From Planctomycetota bacterium (lineage in GTDB: Bacteria; Planctomycetota; UBA8108; SXIK01), in assembly GCA_965223265.1 (NCBI GenBank), contig OZ244999.1, positions 7,648,001 to 7,712,000 of the forward strand: DNA of 64,000 bases, read 5' to 3'. Every line of letters begins with the position of its first letter. Positions within the stretch are counted from its first letter, which is position 1. Of this stretch, positions 40,721-51,017 are shown piece by piece. The translations under genes and the position numbers were made by a program. The notes beneath the pieces are model-generated. The model was not told where the DNA came from, did not search any database, and saw only the letters and a list, made by a program, of their open reading frames with translations.

Positions 40721-42154
40721 ATGGCCTATCGATGCCGCTCGTTCGCACTCGGGAAGCGTCGGATCGGACTCTGCCTGCTCAGCCTACTTTTCCTGTCGAC
40801 GCTCGCCGCTGAACCGACTCGGCTGCCACGCAAGGGTCCTTTTTTTCCCGTAGACGAACGGATCGTCGAGGACCGCTGGCACTTGGAACGGTTCGTCGTG
40901 CGGCTGCAGCGTCACGCCGCGAATCCCGTCATCGTTCGAGAGCATCCGTGGGAAACGAATGGCGCCTACGCCGGGCAGACGCTGAAGGATCCTAAGACTG
41001 GCGCGTTTTTGATGTGGTACGGTGTCTTTGACGAGTACGCGTACAACAACCGTTTGCCGTTCTCCTACAACATCTGCTTCGCTACGTCGCGCGACGGGGT
41101 CGCGTGGACGAAGCCGCATCTCGGCGTCTTCGATTTTCGAGGCAGCAAAGCGAACAACATCATCCGCCTCGGTCGCACGAAGACGCAGCAGATCGACGTT
41201 GCGCTGAAGCCACAGAACAGCGACCTGCCGGGAGAGTTCGTTGCGATCCACAACGACAAGGGCGGCGTGTTCGTCTCCACTTCGAGCGACGGCCGCGCCT
41301 TCGATTTCCTTCAAGAGAAAGCGGCGGTGACGTACCACAGCGATACCACCAACAACTTCGTCTACGACGAAATGGACGACCGTTGGCTCATGTACGTGCG
41401 GCCACAGGCTTACGCTGGTTCAGGCTTGCCACACGTCGGACGACGCCGCGTCGCGGTCAAGGAGAGCGGCGATCTCCGCCGCTGGACACCTGAGCGGACC
41501 GTCTTGGTGCCCGAGGAAAACGATCCTGACTACTTCTACGGCATGAGCGTCTTTCGCCGCGGCGATCTTTTCTTCGGCCTCCTCGAACTCTACGAAACGG
41601 TGCACCATCACATCGACATGGAGCTGACGTGGAGTGCCGACGGCTACCACTGGGAGCGTATCCCTGTGCGCACCCTTGGTCGACTACTCGAGCATGGCGC
41701 CGAGGGAGCATGGGACGCCGGCATGGTCGTCGCCACAGGCGACCCGCTCGAGATCGGCGAGGAGCTTTGGTTCTACTACGGTGCCACGGATACCGCGCAT
41801 GACCAGATCGGCACCGCGGGTGTCGGCATCGCGACGACCAAACGCGACCGACTGGTCGGTGTCCGCGGCGCGAAGGGGGCGCATGGTCGTCTGCTGACGC
41901 GGCCGTTCGAAGTCAAAGGAGGCCTGCGACTGAACGCGCGGGCGCGCGGTACGATCCGTGTCAGCGTTCACACGACGTCAGACAGCCCCATGGACGGCTG
42001 GAGCGCGGCCGACTGTGACGCCATCAGCGGCGACCACCTCGACGCTGCCGTTCTCTGGGGGAAAAAGGGACTCAACCAGCTCCGCGGCCAGGCCGTGCGA
42101 CTGCGCTTCCACCTCGACGACGCCGAACTGTTCGCGTTCGACTTCGAGCGCTAG
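40721..42154 (+). CDS. Secreted glycosidase-like five-bladed beta-propeller protein (GH32/GH43/GH130-like fold)
   Basis: Signal peptide, NPVI...PWE, FATSRDGVAWTKP, WSADGYHW, WDAG, ELWFYYG and a C-terminal LRFHLDDAELFAF. Confidence 0.65.
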   Translation: MAYRCRSFALGKRRIGLCLLSLLFLSTLAAEPTRLPRKGPFFPVDERIVEDRWHLERFVVRLQRHAANPVIVREHPWETNGAYAGQTLKDPKTGAFLMWYGVFDEYAYNNRLPFSYNICFATSRDGVAWTKPHLGVFDFRGSKANNIIRLGRTKTQQIDVALKPQNSDLPGEFVAIHNDKGGVFVSTSSDGRAFDFLQEKAAVTYHSDTTNNFVYDEMDDRWLMYVRPQAYAGSGLPHVGRRRVAVKESGDLRRWTPERTVLVPEENDPDYFYGMSVFRRGDLFFGLLELYETVHHHIDMELTWSADGYHWERIPVRTLGRLLEHGAEGAWDAGMVVATGDPLEIGEELWFYYGATDTAHDQIGTAGVGIATTKRDRLVGVRGAKGAHGRLLTRPFEVKGGLRLNARARGTIRVSVHTTSDSPMDGWSAADCDAISGDHLDAAVLWGKKGLNQLRGQAVRLRFHLDDAELFAFDFER

Positions 42155-42172
42155 TCAGAAAGCAACTGCTCG

Positions 42173-43336
42173 TCACGGGCGGGGTTTGAGGATCGCACTC
42201 TCGTCGAATTCGTAGTGCAGGATCGTCGTGCGGTGATTGGTCGTGCAGATCACGTGAATCGTGCCATCCTTTCCCTGAATCGCGTAGGGATAGGCGAACG
42301 TATTGTTTCCTGTGCCGAGCTGACGGCGATGCGGATAAGTCTTGTCGCCGTCCGTCGAAATTGCGGCCGTCAAGGGAGTCCGCTGGTTCATGCTGTCGTT
42401 GTACACCAGCAGTAAGTGGCCGCTTTGCAGTCGAATAAAATCGACTGCGGAATTCGGGTTTGGAAACCGTGTGTTCTTCGCGTCGCTCCACGTGTTGCCA
42501 CCGTCGTGGGATTCAGCGCGTAGCAACCATCCCTCCTGCGTCGGCTCATAATTCCCACCGCGGCGCAGGTAACAGACGAGATGCTGGTCCGTGAGTGGCG
42601 CCACCTGAGCTTGCAGATTCCCAGTGGGCGAGGCTATGCGGTTCGTCTCACGCCATGTCTTCGTCTTCGGTGAGTAGCGCATGAAGAATGACATGGACTC
42701 AGGACCGACCTCTTCCCGATCGCTGCCGGTCTCTTTGTAAAGCGGCAGGAGATAGTCACCATCGGCGAGAACGATCGGCTGTCCGCGCGCCATCGTGCCC
42801 TCTTCCATGGTCAACATGAACGAATCGGACCAAGTCCTAGCTCCGTCGCGCGACAGCTTACCCTTGACACGCGCAGTCGACCAGGTCGCGCCATAGCGGT
42901 TGACGTAGAAGAGCCAGACGACGCCGTCCGGTGCCTGCCACACCACCGGGTTGCCTTCCGAGCGATCGGGAGTGTCTGCGATCGCGCGAGGTGTTGACCA
43001 AGCCACACCACCGCGGCGGCGACGCGCGCCGTAGACAGCGGTGTCATCACCGTACTCTCCCGAGCCGCCATAAAACGTCAAGTAAAGATCGCCGTTCGCC
43101 AGCTCCGTGATCGAGGCGGGATGTTTGTATCTGCCGCCAGGTTGCTCGACGCCGAAGACGCGAGTGATGCGGATCTCCGCCGCCGCAAGCGAGTGCGAAG
43201 CACCCAGCATCAGCACGGCAAGCGAAACCACCGCGAATTGACTTAACGACCGCGCCCCACAGATCACGGGCGCCCTTACGAACTGCGACCAGCACGTCGA
43301 TTGATCCTGCGTCCGCGGGTGAGTCCTCATAGTCAA
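42173..43336 (-). CDS. BNR/Asp-box sialidase-family protein
   Basis: Asp-boxes SRDGARTW, SHDGGNTW and STDGDKTY, plus HPASITEL, PNPNS, RTPL and AYP. The start is uncertain. Confidence 0.85.
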   Translation of the reverse strand: MTMRTHPRTQDQSTCWSQFVRAPVICGARSLSQFAVVSLAVLMLGASHSLAAAEIRITRVFGVEQPGGRYKHPASITELANGDLYLTFYGGSGEYGDDTAVYGARRRRGGVAWSTPRAIADTPDRSEGNPVVWQAPDGVVWLFYVNRYGATWSTARVKGKLSRDGARTWSDSFMLTMEEGTMARGQPIVLADGDYLLPLYKETGSDREEVGPESMSFFMRYSPKTKTWRETNRIASPTGNLQAQVAPLTDQHLVCYLRRGGNYEPTQEGWLLRAESHDGGNTWSDAKNTRFPNPNSAVDFIRLQSGHLLLVYNDSMNQRTPLTAAISTDGDKTYPHRRQLGTGNNTFAYPYAIQGKDGTIHVICTTNHRTTILHYEFDESAILKPRP

Positions 43337-43348
43337 CGTCCGTCTCCT

Positions 43349-44659
43349 TTAGCTTGCATCTCCTTTTTCCTCAACCTCGGGTCGCCAAGTCGATCCATCG
43401 AAGGCATGCATCTCGAGCTTGGCGTCCGCTTCGATCACGAGCAGTCTATTGTACTTGCTCAAGCGCTCTGACTGTCGGACCGATCCAACCTTGATTTGAT
43501 CGCCGCCCCAGCCAACGGCCAAATCGGCTAACCAAGAATCTTCAGTCTCGCCGCTGCGTGCGCTCACGGTCACCCTCCAGTCGGCCGAACGCGCCAGGCA
43601 AAGCGCCTCGCATGCCTCGCTCACTGTGCCGACTTGATTGACCTTGAGGAGGAGTGCGTCGGCGGCGCTGAGCTCGATCGCGCGCCGGATGCGGTCCGTA
43701 TGAGTGCACAAGAGATCGTCGCCAAGGACCATGACCCGTCCCGCGACCTGTCGCCGCAGCCGTCTCCACCCCTCCCAGTCCTCCTCCCCCAGACCATCCT
43801 CGACACTCACGATCGGATAGGCATCGATCCACCCCATGAGGCGTTCGATCATCGCGTCGGTCGTGAGAACTTCACGACCGAGCCGGTAAACTCCGTCGAC
43901 AAAGAAGTGGCTCGATGCCACGTCCACCGCCAGCGCGACGTCGCGCCCTGGCTCGAAACCGGCGCCACGTATCGACTCCACAGCGTCGTCGAGCATGTCC
44001 TCGACGCTCGCGAACGGCGGCGCCAAGCCGCCTTCGTCCGCCGTAAGCGCGCGCATGCCGTAGCGCTCGCGAACGAGATCTTCGGCTGCGGAGTAGACCG
44101 CTGCGACCGTCTCGAGTGCTTCGTCCATACTTGAGGGACGCAGCGGCGCGACGAGCACATCCTGAACGGCGACCTGCATCCCCGCGTGGTGGCCACCACT
44201 GAAAAGGTTCACTGTCAGCGCCGGCAGGTGGAGCGGGCGCGGTGCCGAAGCGAGCTGCGCGAAGTACTCGTAGAGCTCGATTCCCTGCTCGCGAGCCGCG
44301 GCGCGGGCGAACGCAAGCGAAACAGCGAGTGCGGCGTTGGCCCCGAGTCGCGACTTCTGGTCCGTCCCGTCGATGGCACACAAAGCCTCGTCGAGCTGCT
44401 TCTGACCGGTGAACACATGACCCCGTAGTCGGGCGCCGAATTCCGTCGCGATCGAAGCGGCCGCCTGGCGGCAACCGAACCCGCCGTAGCGACGCCCGTC
44501 GTCGCGACGCTCGATGGCTTCGGCCCGTCCACGCGACGCGCCCGAGGGCACCGAGGCCTCTGCGCTCACGCCACTGCCGAGCGTGCAGCGCGCCAGAAGC
44601 GTCGGGCGGCCTCGACTGTCGAGGATTTCGAAACCTTGGAGTTGTTGAATCGAAGTCAC
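43349..44659 (-). CDS. eno: Enolase-family protein (divergent phosphopyruvate hydratase)
   Basis: EILDSRGRPT, VPSGAS, KSRLGANA, DEGG, SVEDG, GDDL, LLKVNQVG, RSGETED and ERLSKYNRLL. GTG start at 44659. Two active-site residues differ from canonical enolase. Confidence 0.85.
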   Translation of the reverse strand: MTSIQQLQGFEILDSRGRPTLLARCTLGSGVSAEASVPSGASRGRAEAIERRDDGRRYGGFGCRQAAASIATEFGARLRGHVFTGQKQLDEALCAIDGTDQKSRLGANAALAVSLAFARAAAREQGIELYEYFAQLASAPRPLHLPALTVNLFSGGHHAGMQVAVQDVLVAPLRPSSMDEALETVAAVYSAAEDLVRERYGMRALTADEGGLAPPFASVEDMLDDAVESIRGAGFEPGRDVALAVDVASSHFFVDGVYRLGREVLTTDAMIERLMGWIDAYPIVSVEDGLGEEDWEGWRRLRRQVAGRVMVLGDDLLCTHTDRIRRAIELSAADALLLKVNQVGTVSEACEALCLARSADWRVTVSARSGETEDSWLADLAVGWGGDQIKVGSVRQSERLSKYNRLLVIEADAKLEMHAFDGSTWRPEVEEKGDAS

Positions 44660-45367
44660 ACCGTGAAACCGGTCTAGATGGCTCGGAGTGATGCTGGGGG
44701 TAGGTCGAATCGACACGAATCGAGGAGGTGCTAGGCTGCGCCCGGTGCCGCGCGCGAGGCGGCTCGATCCTGTCAGACCGCCGTAGACCGAGCAAGGACA
44801 ATTCGCCGCCTGTCAAAGTCTTTGTGATAAGGACGAACCCAACAAACACCACAGAATCACAACATGCTTGTCAAAAAGCGGCCCGAACCGTGCAGAATCG
44901 ACTGGCACACCATGTGCTCTACCTCTCTCGCAATTGGTCTGGAACCCTGATCCCCAGCGCATCGGGAACCGATCGGTAAGACATCCCGGCCACCGGGAGA
45001 CTCCGTAGGGTGGCTCTGCCGCCGCAGACGAGCGATCAACTGTTTCTTATTGTTGTAGTTACAGTGACGGACACAGGCCCGACGTCCATGCTTCATCTGC
45101 AGCTCACGAGACGAACGGCGGAGATCCGGGCGGGCTTTGTTCATCCCAGACTCTGAAGCCTTCCCTGTCGAGCGAGCGAGCGCCCAAACGCGGTGGAATC
45201 AGGGGCCAGACCATTCCTCTCCACTCCGCGCGTTCGCCGCCACCCCTGTCGTCGGGTTTCTCGGCGTCGCCGGATGTGCCATCATCGCGATGATCCGCAC
45301 TTTTCCCTGCGCAGCCCGCAGTGGATCCACACGCTCCAACGCGTCCTGCCGAACGCTAAAACGCCAA

Positions 45368-48300
45368 ATGCCACACAGACAGCGGTTTCTCACTCCTTGG
45401 CTGAGCAAGCTCCTTCTCGGAGGACTCGTGGGAGTGCTCTGCCTGACCGCAGTGCCGGCTCACTGTCAGCTGCCGTTTCGGCTGCGACTCGACGACCCGG
45501 AAAGCCGCGGCCCGCTTCTTCTCCTGGCTGCCCCTGGCCACCACGAAGCGGGCGCCGCGCTCGCCAGCGCCGGGGACGTCAACGGAGACGGCACCGAAGA
45601 CCTCCTCATCGGCGAGCCCTTTGGGACAGGACGCGTCTTTCTCCTTTTTGGGGCGCGCCCATCAACGCTGCGCCAGACGCTCAAGCCGATCCACGGCGAG
45701 ATCGTCGAAATCCGTACCGGATCGCTCGACGATGACGGCTTCGGTAGCTTGGTCGCGGCGGCTGGCGACGTCAACGACGACGGCTTCGACGACTTCCTTC
45801 TCGGCACGCCGCTAGGCTTCCCGGGAGAAGAGCGCCCCGGCGTAGCTCTCCTCCTCGGCTCAGACCGGCTTCCCAGTGTTCTCGACTTGAGCACGGATCT
45901 GGTGCGTCACGGCCTCTACTTGACGACGCTCGCGGGAGAGGGTGCGAGTGGCTTCTCGGCCTCTGCCGTCGGGGATGTGAATGGGGATTCCATCGACGAC
46001 TTCGCGATCGGTATCCGCGATGGAATCGGCATCGAAGCGCCCAATCTCGGCGTACCCACCGGAAAGGTCGCGGTGGTGTTCGGCACGCCGTTCATCTCAG
46101 AGCCGCCGGGTGGTCTTGACCTTTTGAGTCTCGAGCTCGAGGCGCTGGCCCTCGCTGGCGCAGCTCACATTATCCAAGGACCAGCGGCGAACAGCGCCTT
46201 CGGTGCCGCTCTGAGCTTCGCTGGCGATGTCGACGGCGATGGCAACGACGACTTTCTCGCCGGTGCGCCGGAAGCAGGCGCGGGCGGAGAAGCTTTTATT
46301 CTCTTTGGCGATGGCGTGGCCCCACTGCCCAACGTCGCCGCTGCGGACGGGGACCGCGTTGTTCGCTTGACGACGCAAGCCCCCGAGTGGAACGGCTCAC
46401 GACTCGGCGCCGCCGTCGCAGCTGGCTTCGATGCGGATCGCGACGGAATCCCGGACCTCCTGTTGGGGCTGCCGGAGTGGGGAGACGACCGCGGACCGTC
46501 CGGCGCAGCATTTTTCGTCGCTGGCGGATCGGCCTTGCGCCAAAGCGCGGTCGTGACACTGCCGACAAACACGACCGGGGTTTTTCGCGGGCGCGCGGCC
46601 GAACGAGCGGCAAGTGCCGTGTGCTTTGTTCCAGACCTCGACGGTGACAGCGCCGCGGAGCTGCTGTTGGGGGCGCCTGGACAATTCGAAGGGCGTGGCG
46701 GCGCATACCTTGTCTATAGCGACGTCCACGGCGGCAGCGATGAGTTTCTCTCCGACCTCGGCGCGAGCGAGAGTGCTCGCTTCCTCGCCGACACGCTCGG
46801 AGCGCGCGTCGGCACCTCCGTCGCCGGTTTGCATGACACCAACGGCGACGGTCGAGGCGAACCGGTGATCGGCGCGCCTGGACTCAAGATGCGGGAAGAG
46901 AGCGGCGTTGGCACCGTCTTCGTCACCTTCGTGCGCGACGAGGCGACGACGAACGCCCCTCGCGATCTGCGCGCCAACCTTTTGGCCGGTGGCCGTGTCA
47001 ACCTCACGTGGACCGTCACCGCGCAGCATCAGTTCCTCAATGTTTTTCGTGATGACGCTGCGACGCCGCTGAACTCCAGCCCGCTGCCGGGCCATCTCAT
47101 GGAGTTTACAGACGTTGACGTGGAATTCGGCGAGCATACGTACATCGTCGAGGCGGATGGTGATGTAGAACGTCGTTCCAATTCAGCGCGCGTGCTCGTG
47201 CGACGACTGCCAGTTCGCGATCTGCTCTGCCAGCAGGTCGAGTCACGCGACGTCCTCGTTTCTTGGACCCTCGCGGATCGCTACGACGCACTCGAAGTCA
47301 GGGTCGACGGCAATCCTGTCGTGACGCTGCCGCCTTTCGCTACGGAGGTTCGATTGACCTCCGTACCTGTGGGCGAACACATCATCGAAGTCATCGACCC
47401 GCTATCGCCTCCGCCGCCGCCGAGAGCCTCCTGCTTCATAGAAGTGATCGAGCGGGTGACTCCGCCCATCGGCCCTTTGACGTGTGAGCGCGTCGGCGAC
47501 GGGGTGTCGATCGCGTGGCCTCCAGTGTCCGACTACTTCGCCCTCGTTGTGATCCGCAGCGGCGTCGCCATAGCCTCCCTCCGCCCAGCGGAGACCACGT
47601 TTTTCGATCCCGACCCTCCGACGGGATCGCTTCGCTACCGAGTCGTCGGTCTCTCGCGTGACGGTCACGTGGGTGCTTCGACGGAATGTACGGTTGAGAT
47701 CGCCGAGCCGCCACCACCGCGCGTCCGCGGCCGCGTCCGATTCCGCGATCGTTCCGGCAACGTTCAGCGCGGCCGCGTTTTTGTGCTCGATGCGGGCGGC
47801 GACCTCGTCGGCAGCAGTCAGGTAGATCCCCGCGGCTCGTTCGCGATCCCGGTGCCGTCCGGCGAACCCGTCTCTCTCCGCTTCGAAGCGGTGGTCGGCG
47901 GCGAGGTCACACCGAACTTGGTCTTTCCTGGTGGCGTGCTCGTCGCCACTACGGACCTGCGACCAGTCGGCGAGTCGCTCCGCGTCATCGAGCTGCCACT
48001 GCCCGTGCTCCTCCTGACTTCGCGCAGCGGCGAATCCGATCAGCGGGTCGACGCTGCCGCGCGCTGGGCACCCCTCACCTCCAGCCTCGAGTCGGTCGTA
48101 GATCGTGCCGAGGGAAACGAACTGAACGCCTTGGTCTACCCAGCGGTGTTGCCGGCAGGGGCCGGACGTGGCGCTGTCGCTCTAGATCGAGCCCAGAGGC
48201 GAGTTCGCGCTCACCTACGGGAACAGCTGGGCAATGCGCCTTCAAAATCCGACATCGTCGCGTTCGGTGCCGCGGGACTAGCCACTAGGCTTTATCTTTC

Positions 48301-50143
48301 ATCGCAGCCGGACGGAGCTGTCGCTCGCGCGGTGTTCCTCGGTACACCTCACCTGGGCACTGCCCGAGCGGAGATCGAACTGCGCAGCGAGTTCGCAACC
48401 CTGCCGCTGAACGACTTGCCGCTCGAAATCGATGCTGCTCTGTTGGAAGACCTCGCCTCTCGGTTCGCCGCGGCCGGTGAACAGACACCGGCTTTTCTGC
48501 GACGTTTCAATGAGCGCGTCGTTGACTCTCGCGGAGCTGAAGTGCACCTCGTCGCTGGTAACGCAGGCCGCGACGCGCTGGATGCCATTTTGCGCTGCGA
48601 CGATCACGACAATCGCGTTTGCGTTTCAAGCGCTCTCGGTGGTCCGGGCGCACAGCTCCACGTCGTAGCAGAAGCCCACGACACATTGGGGCGCGGAGCG
48701 GAGTCCGTCACGCTCGTCGTCGAAGAGATTCTGGGACTCGACACAAACGCCGCGGAGACGCCCTTCGCGCCGGTCGAACTCGCCGCTCCGGCAGGTGTCG
48801 ACGGCGCCGGAGGCGGTGTCGGCTCAAGCTATGAACTCGGCACCTTCTTCTCCGGCGTTCTGGAGCCTGGCCTGACCGCTGACCTCATTCTCCTCTCCGA
48901 CACTTCCGATTCGATCATCGTGATCTTCAACGCCAAGCTTCCCGGTGGCGTTAACTTCAGTTTGATCACACCGACCGGCGACGTCATCACGCCGGCAACC
49001 TCCGCGGGCTTTCCGGGAGTTGAGTACCAAACCTATAGCGACGGTGAAGGGCACCAGGTGCAGCTCTACGAGCTCAGCTCCGCTAGCCCCGGCACCTATC
49101 GATCGCTGCTGGAGAACCCCGCCGAAAACGTCCCGATCTCTTACACCGTCGAACTCTACAGCACGACCGACACCGACCTGAGCCTCGCCCTCGAGCCGCC
49201 GGAGGTCGATGCGGTCGGCACTTCGATTCTTGGCGCGACGCTGACCAGCGGCGGCACCCCGCTGCTCGGTGCGAACGTGACAGCGGAGATTTGGCGCCCC
49301 AATACCCAGCTCGAGATTCTCTCGCTCAATGACACGGGCGCCGACGGCGACGCGATAGCAGGCGACGGTGTCTACTCAGGGAGCGTCGATGCGGCCGGAC
49401 AGGCCGGCTTCCATTTGCTCGAAGTGACGGCTCGCGATGGTGTGGGCACGTTCAACCGCCAGCGAAGCATCCAACTCGAAGTCCGCTCGGAGGCGGCGCA
49501 CTTCATGGGCGCGGTCACAACGGGCGCGAACGGCGACGGCGGCGGCTCCCTCGATTCCATCTGGGTCGAAGTAGGCGTCGAGAACTTCGAGGCAGGGATC
49601 TTCGCGGTTGCCGGCGGTCTCACGACGCTTGATGGCCAGGAGGTCGCAACAGCACACACCCTGGTAGAGATTCCACAGCCGGACTCCTCTCAGGTGACAC
49701 TCAGTTTTTCAGGCGAGCGCATCTTCGCCTCGCAGCTCTCCGGTCCGTACGTGCTCGCCTGGATGGAGCTCTTCGATGCCAACGCCCAATACGTCACCGC
49801 TGAGCGGCTCGAAGACGTAGTCCAGACCGTCGACTACTCGTGGGAAGATTTCGGAGGTCTTGGCACCGATCCGTTCAGAAGAGGAGATGCGAACGCCGAC
49901 GCCGGCCTCGACATCTCGGATGCGATCCACGTGCTCCTCTTCCTCTTCACGGGCGAAGCGAGCGTCGATTGCTTGGATGCAGCCGACGTTGACGCGAGCA
50001 TCGACATCGACATCTCAGACCCCATCTTCCTTCTGAACTACCTATTCGTCGGCCAAGACATCTCACCTCCGATGCCGCTGGGTGAGTGCGGCGCCAGCCA
50101 CTTCCTCGGCTGTGACGACTACGGACTCTGTGCTGACGGCTAA
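45368..50143 (+). CDS. Secreted integrin-alpha/FG-GAP propeller + Ig/FN3-like domains + degenerate lipase-fold domain + dockerin-like tail
   Basis: AGDVNGDGxxDLLIG repeats, DIVAFGAAGL...FLGTPHLGT, LNDTGADGDAIAGDGVYSG and an FRRGDANADAG tail. Start at ATG 45368 gives a signal peptide. Confidence 0.85.
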   Translation: MPHRQRFLTPWLSKLLLGGLVGVLCLTAVPAHCQLPFRLRLDDPESRGPLLLLAAPGHHEAGAALASAGDVNGDGTEDLLIGEPFGTGRVFLLFGARPSTLRQTLKPIHGEIVEIRTGSLDDDGFGSLVAAAGDVNDDGFDDFLLGTPLGFPGEERPGVALLLGSDRLPSVLDLSTDLVRHGLYLTTLAGEGASGFSASAVGDVNGDSIDDFAIGIRDGIGIEAPNLGVPTGKVAVVFGTPFISEPPGGLDLLSLELEALALAGAAHIIQGPAANSAFGAALSFAGDVDGDGNDDFLAGAPEAGAGGEAFILFGDGVAPLPNVAAADGDRVVRLTTQAPEWNGSRLGAAVAAGFDADRDGIPDLLLGLPEWGDDRGPSGAAFFVAGGSALRQSAVVTLPTNTTGVFRGRAAERAASAVCFVPDLDGDSAAELLLGAPGQFEGRGGAYLVYSDVHGGSDEFLSDLGASESARFLADTLGARVGTSVAGLHDTNGDGRGEPVIGAPGLKMREESGVGTVFVTFVRDEATTNAPRDLRANLLAGGRVNLTWTVTAQHQFLNVFRDDAATPLNSSPLPGHLMEFTDVDVEFGEHTYIVEADGDVERRSNSARVLVRRLPVRDLLCQQVESRDVLVSWTLADRYDALEVRVDGNPVVTLPPFATEVRLTSVPVGEHIIEVIDPLSPPPPPRASCFIEVIERVTPPIGPLTCERVGDGVSIAWPPVSDYFALVVIRSGVAIASLRPAETTFFDPDPPTGSLRYRVVGLSRDGHVGASTECTVEIAEPPPPRVRGRVRFRDRSGNVQRGRVFVLDAGGDLVGSSQVDPRGSFAIPVPSGEPVSLRFEAVVGGEVTPNLVFPGGVLVATTDLRPVGESLRVIELPLPVLLLTSRSGESDQRVDAAARWAPLTSSLESVVDRAEGNELNALVYPAVLPAGAGRGAVALDRAQRRVRAHLREQLGNAPSKSDIVAFGAAGLATRLYLSSQPDGAVARAVFLGTPHLGTARAEIELRSEFATLPLNDLPLEIDAALLEDLASRFAAAGEQTPAFLRRFNERVVDSRGAEVHLVAGNAGRDALDAILRCDDHDNRVCVSSALGGPGAQLHVVAEAHDTLGRGAESVTLVVEEILGLDTNAAETPFAPVELAAPAGVDGAGGGVGSSYELGTFFSGVLEPGLTADLILLSDTSDSIIVIFNAKLPGGVNFSLITPTGDVITPATSAGFPGVEYQTYSDGEGHQVQLYELSSASPGTYRSLLENPAENVPISYTVELYSTTDTDLSLALEPPEVDAVGTSILGATLTSGGTPLLGANVTAEIWRPNTQLEILSLNDTGADGDAIAGDGVYSGSVDAAGQAGFHLLEVTARDGVGTFNRQRSIQLEVRSEAAHFMGAVTTGANGDGGGSLDSIWVEVGVENFEAGIFAVAGGLTTLDGQEVATAHTLVEIPQPDSSQVTLSFSGERIFASQLSGPYVLAWMELFDANAQYVTAERLEDVVQTVDYSWEDFGGLGTDPFRRGDANADAGLDISDAIHVLLFLFTGEASVDCLDAADVDASIDIDISDPIFLLNYLFVGQDISPPMPLGECGASHFLGCDDYGLCADG

Positions 50144-50211
50144 CACCCCGCGATGGCGTGTTCAGTGACTCAGCCACTTTTGACCTGACGGCCCGGTGAG
50201 AAAGCGCTTTT

Positions 50212-50895
50212 TCACACTGTTGGGTCCGCCTCGAGCGCGTCGACGCGCTCAGCCAGAGCATGCAGCTCAGCGCGCAGGCTCGCCACCTCTTCTTCGAGAG
50301 CGGAAGACCTCGCGGAACGCGGGCGATCGCCGACCTCCACGGACGCTTCAGGCGTATCGTCGACGCCAATCGTCGGTGCGTGGGGCTCGTCAGCAGCGTA
50401 GAGCGTGTGCATGAACTTGACGCCACGCTTTCTGCCTGGCGGTGACTGTCGTGCCGCGAGCGGTGGTTCGCGTTCCATGAGCGAACGGAGAGTTTCGTCT
50501 ACGTCCGCCAGACTCTCGAGCTTGACCATGCGACTGGCGCGTTGGCGCAGCTCCCCATCGGTCTGCGGGCCTCGAAGCAGCAGCTCCGCGAGCACTGCGT
50601 TTTCTTTAGGCGAGAGCGATAGCACGTCGGCGCAGCACTGCCGCCAACGATCGACCCGTGAGCCGACGGATCGCACCTGCACCACGAGACCGCGCTCGCG
50701 GAGCGCGTCGAGCGTGTCGAGGACGAGCCCTTCGTCTAGGCAGGAGACGGGATCTCGACAGCTCTTCTGATTACAGCCGTTGACAAGGCTATTCAGCGAC
50801 AACGGGCACTGCTCTGGCGTCGTGTACGCCTTCTCGACCAGCGTGCCCAAAACACGGCGCTCCTCGAAATTGAGCGACAGAGAGTCCGCTGCCAT
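50212..50895 (-). CDS. YceH/DUF480 family protein
   Basis: ERRVLGTLVEK...TPEQCPLSLNSLVNGCNQKSCRDPV, ELLLRGPQTDGELR and a C-terminal coiled coil. ATG at 50895 has an upstream GGAGG. Confidence 0.9.
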   Translation of the reverse strand: MAADSLSLNFEERRVLGTLVEKAYTTPEQCPLSLNSLVNGCNQKSCRDPVSCLDEGLVLDTLDALRERGLVVQVRSVGSRVDRWRQCCADVLSLSPKENAVLAELLLRGPQTDGELRQRASRMVKLESLADVDETLRSLMEREPPLAARQSPPGRKRGVKFMHTLYAADEPHAPTIGVDDTPEASVEVGDRPRSARSSALEEEVASLRAELHALAERVDALEADPTV

Positions 50896-51017
50896 AAGCG
50901 ATCCTCCGATTGATGACAACCCTACGGTACGTCGACCTGGAGGCAACTGCCACTCAAAAAAAAGAGAGGCACAGTAGTACGATGCGTGCGACACAAAGGC
51001 TCGCACGGGGCGCTCAT

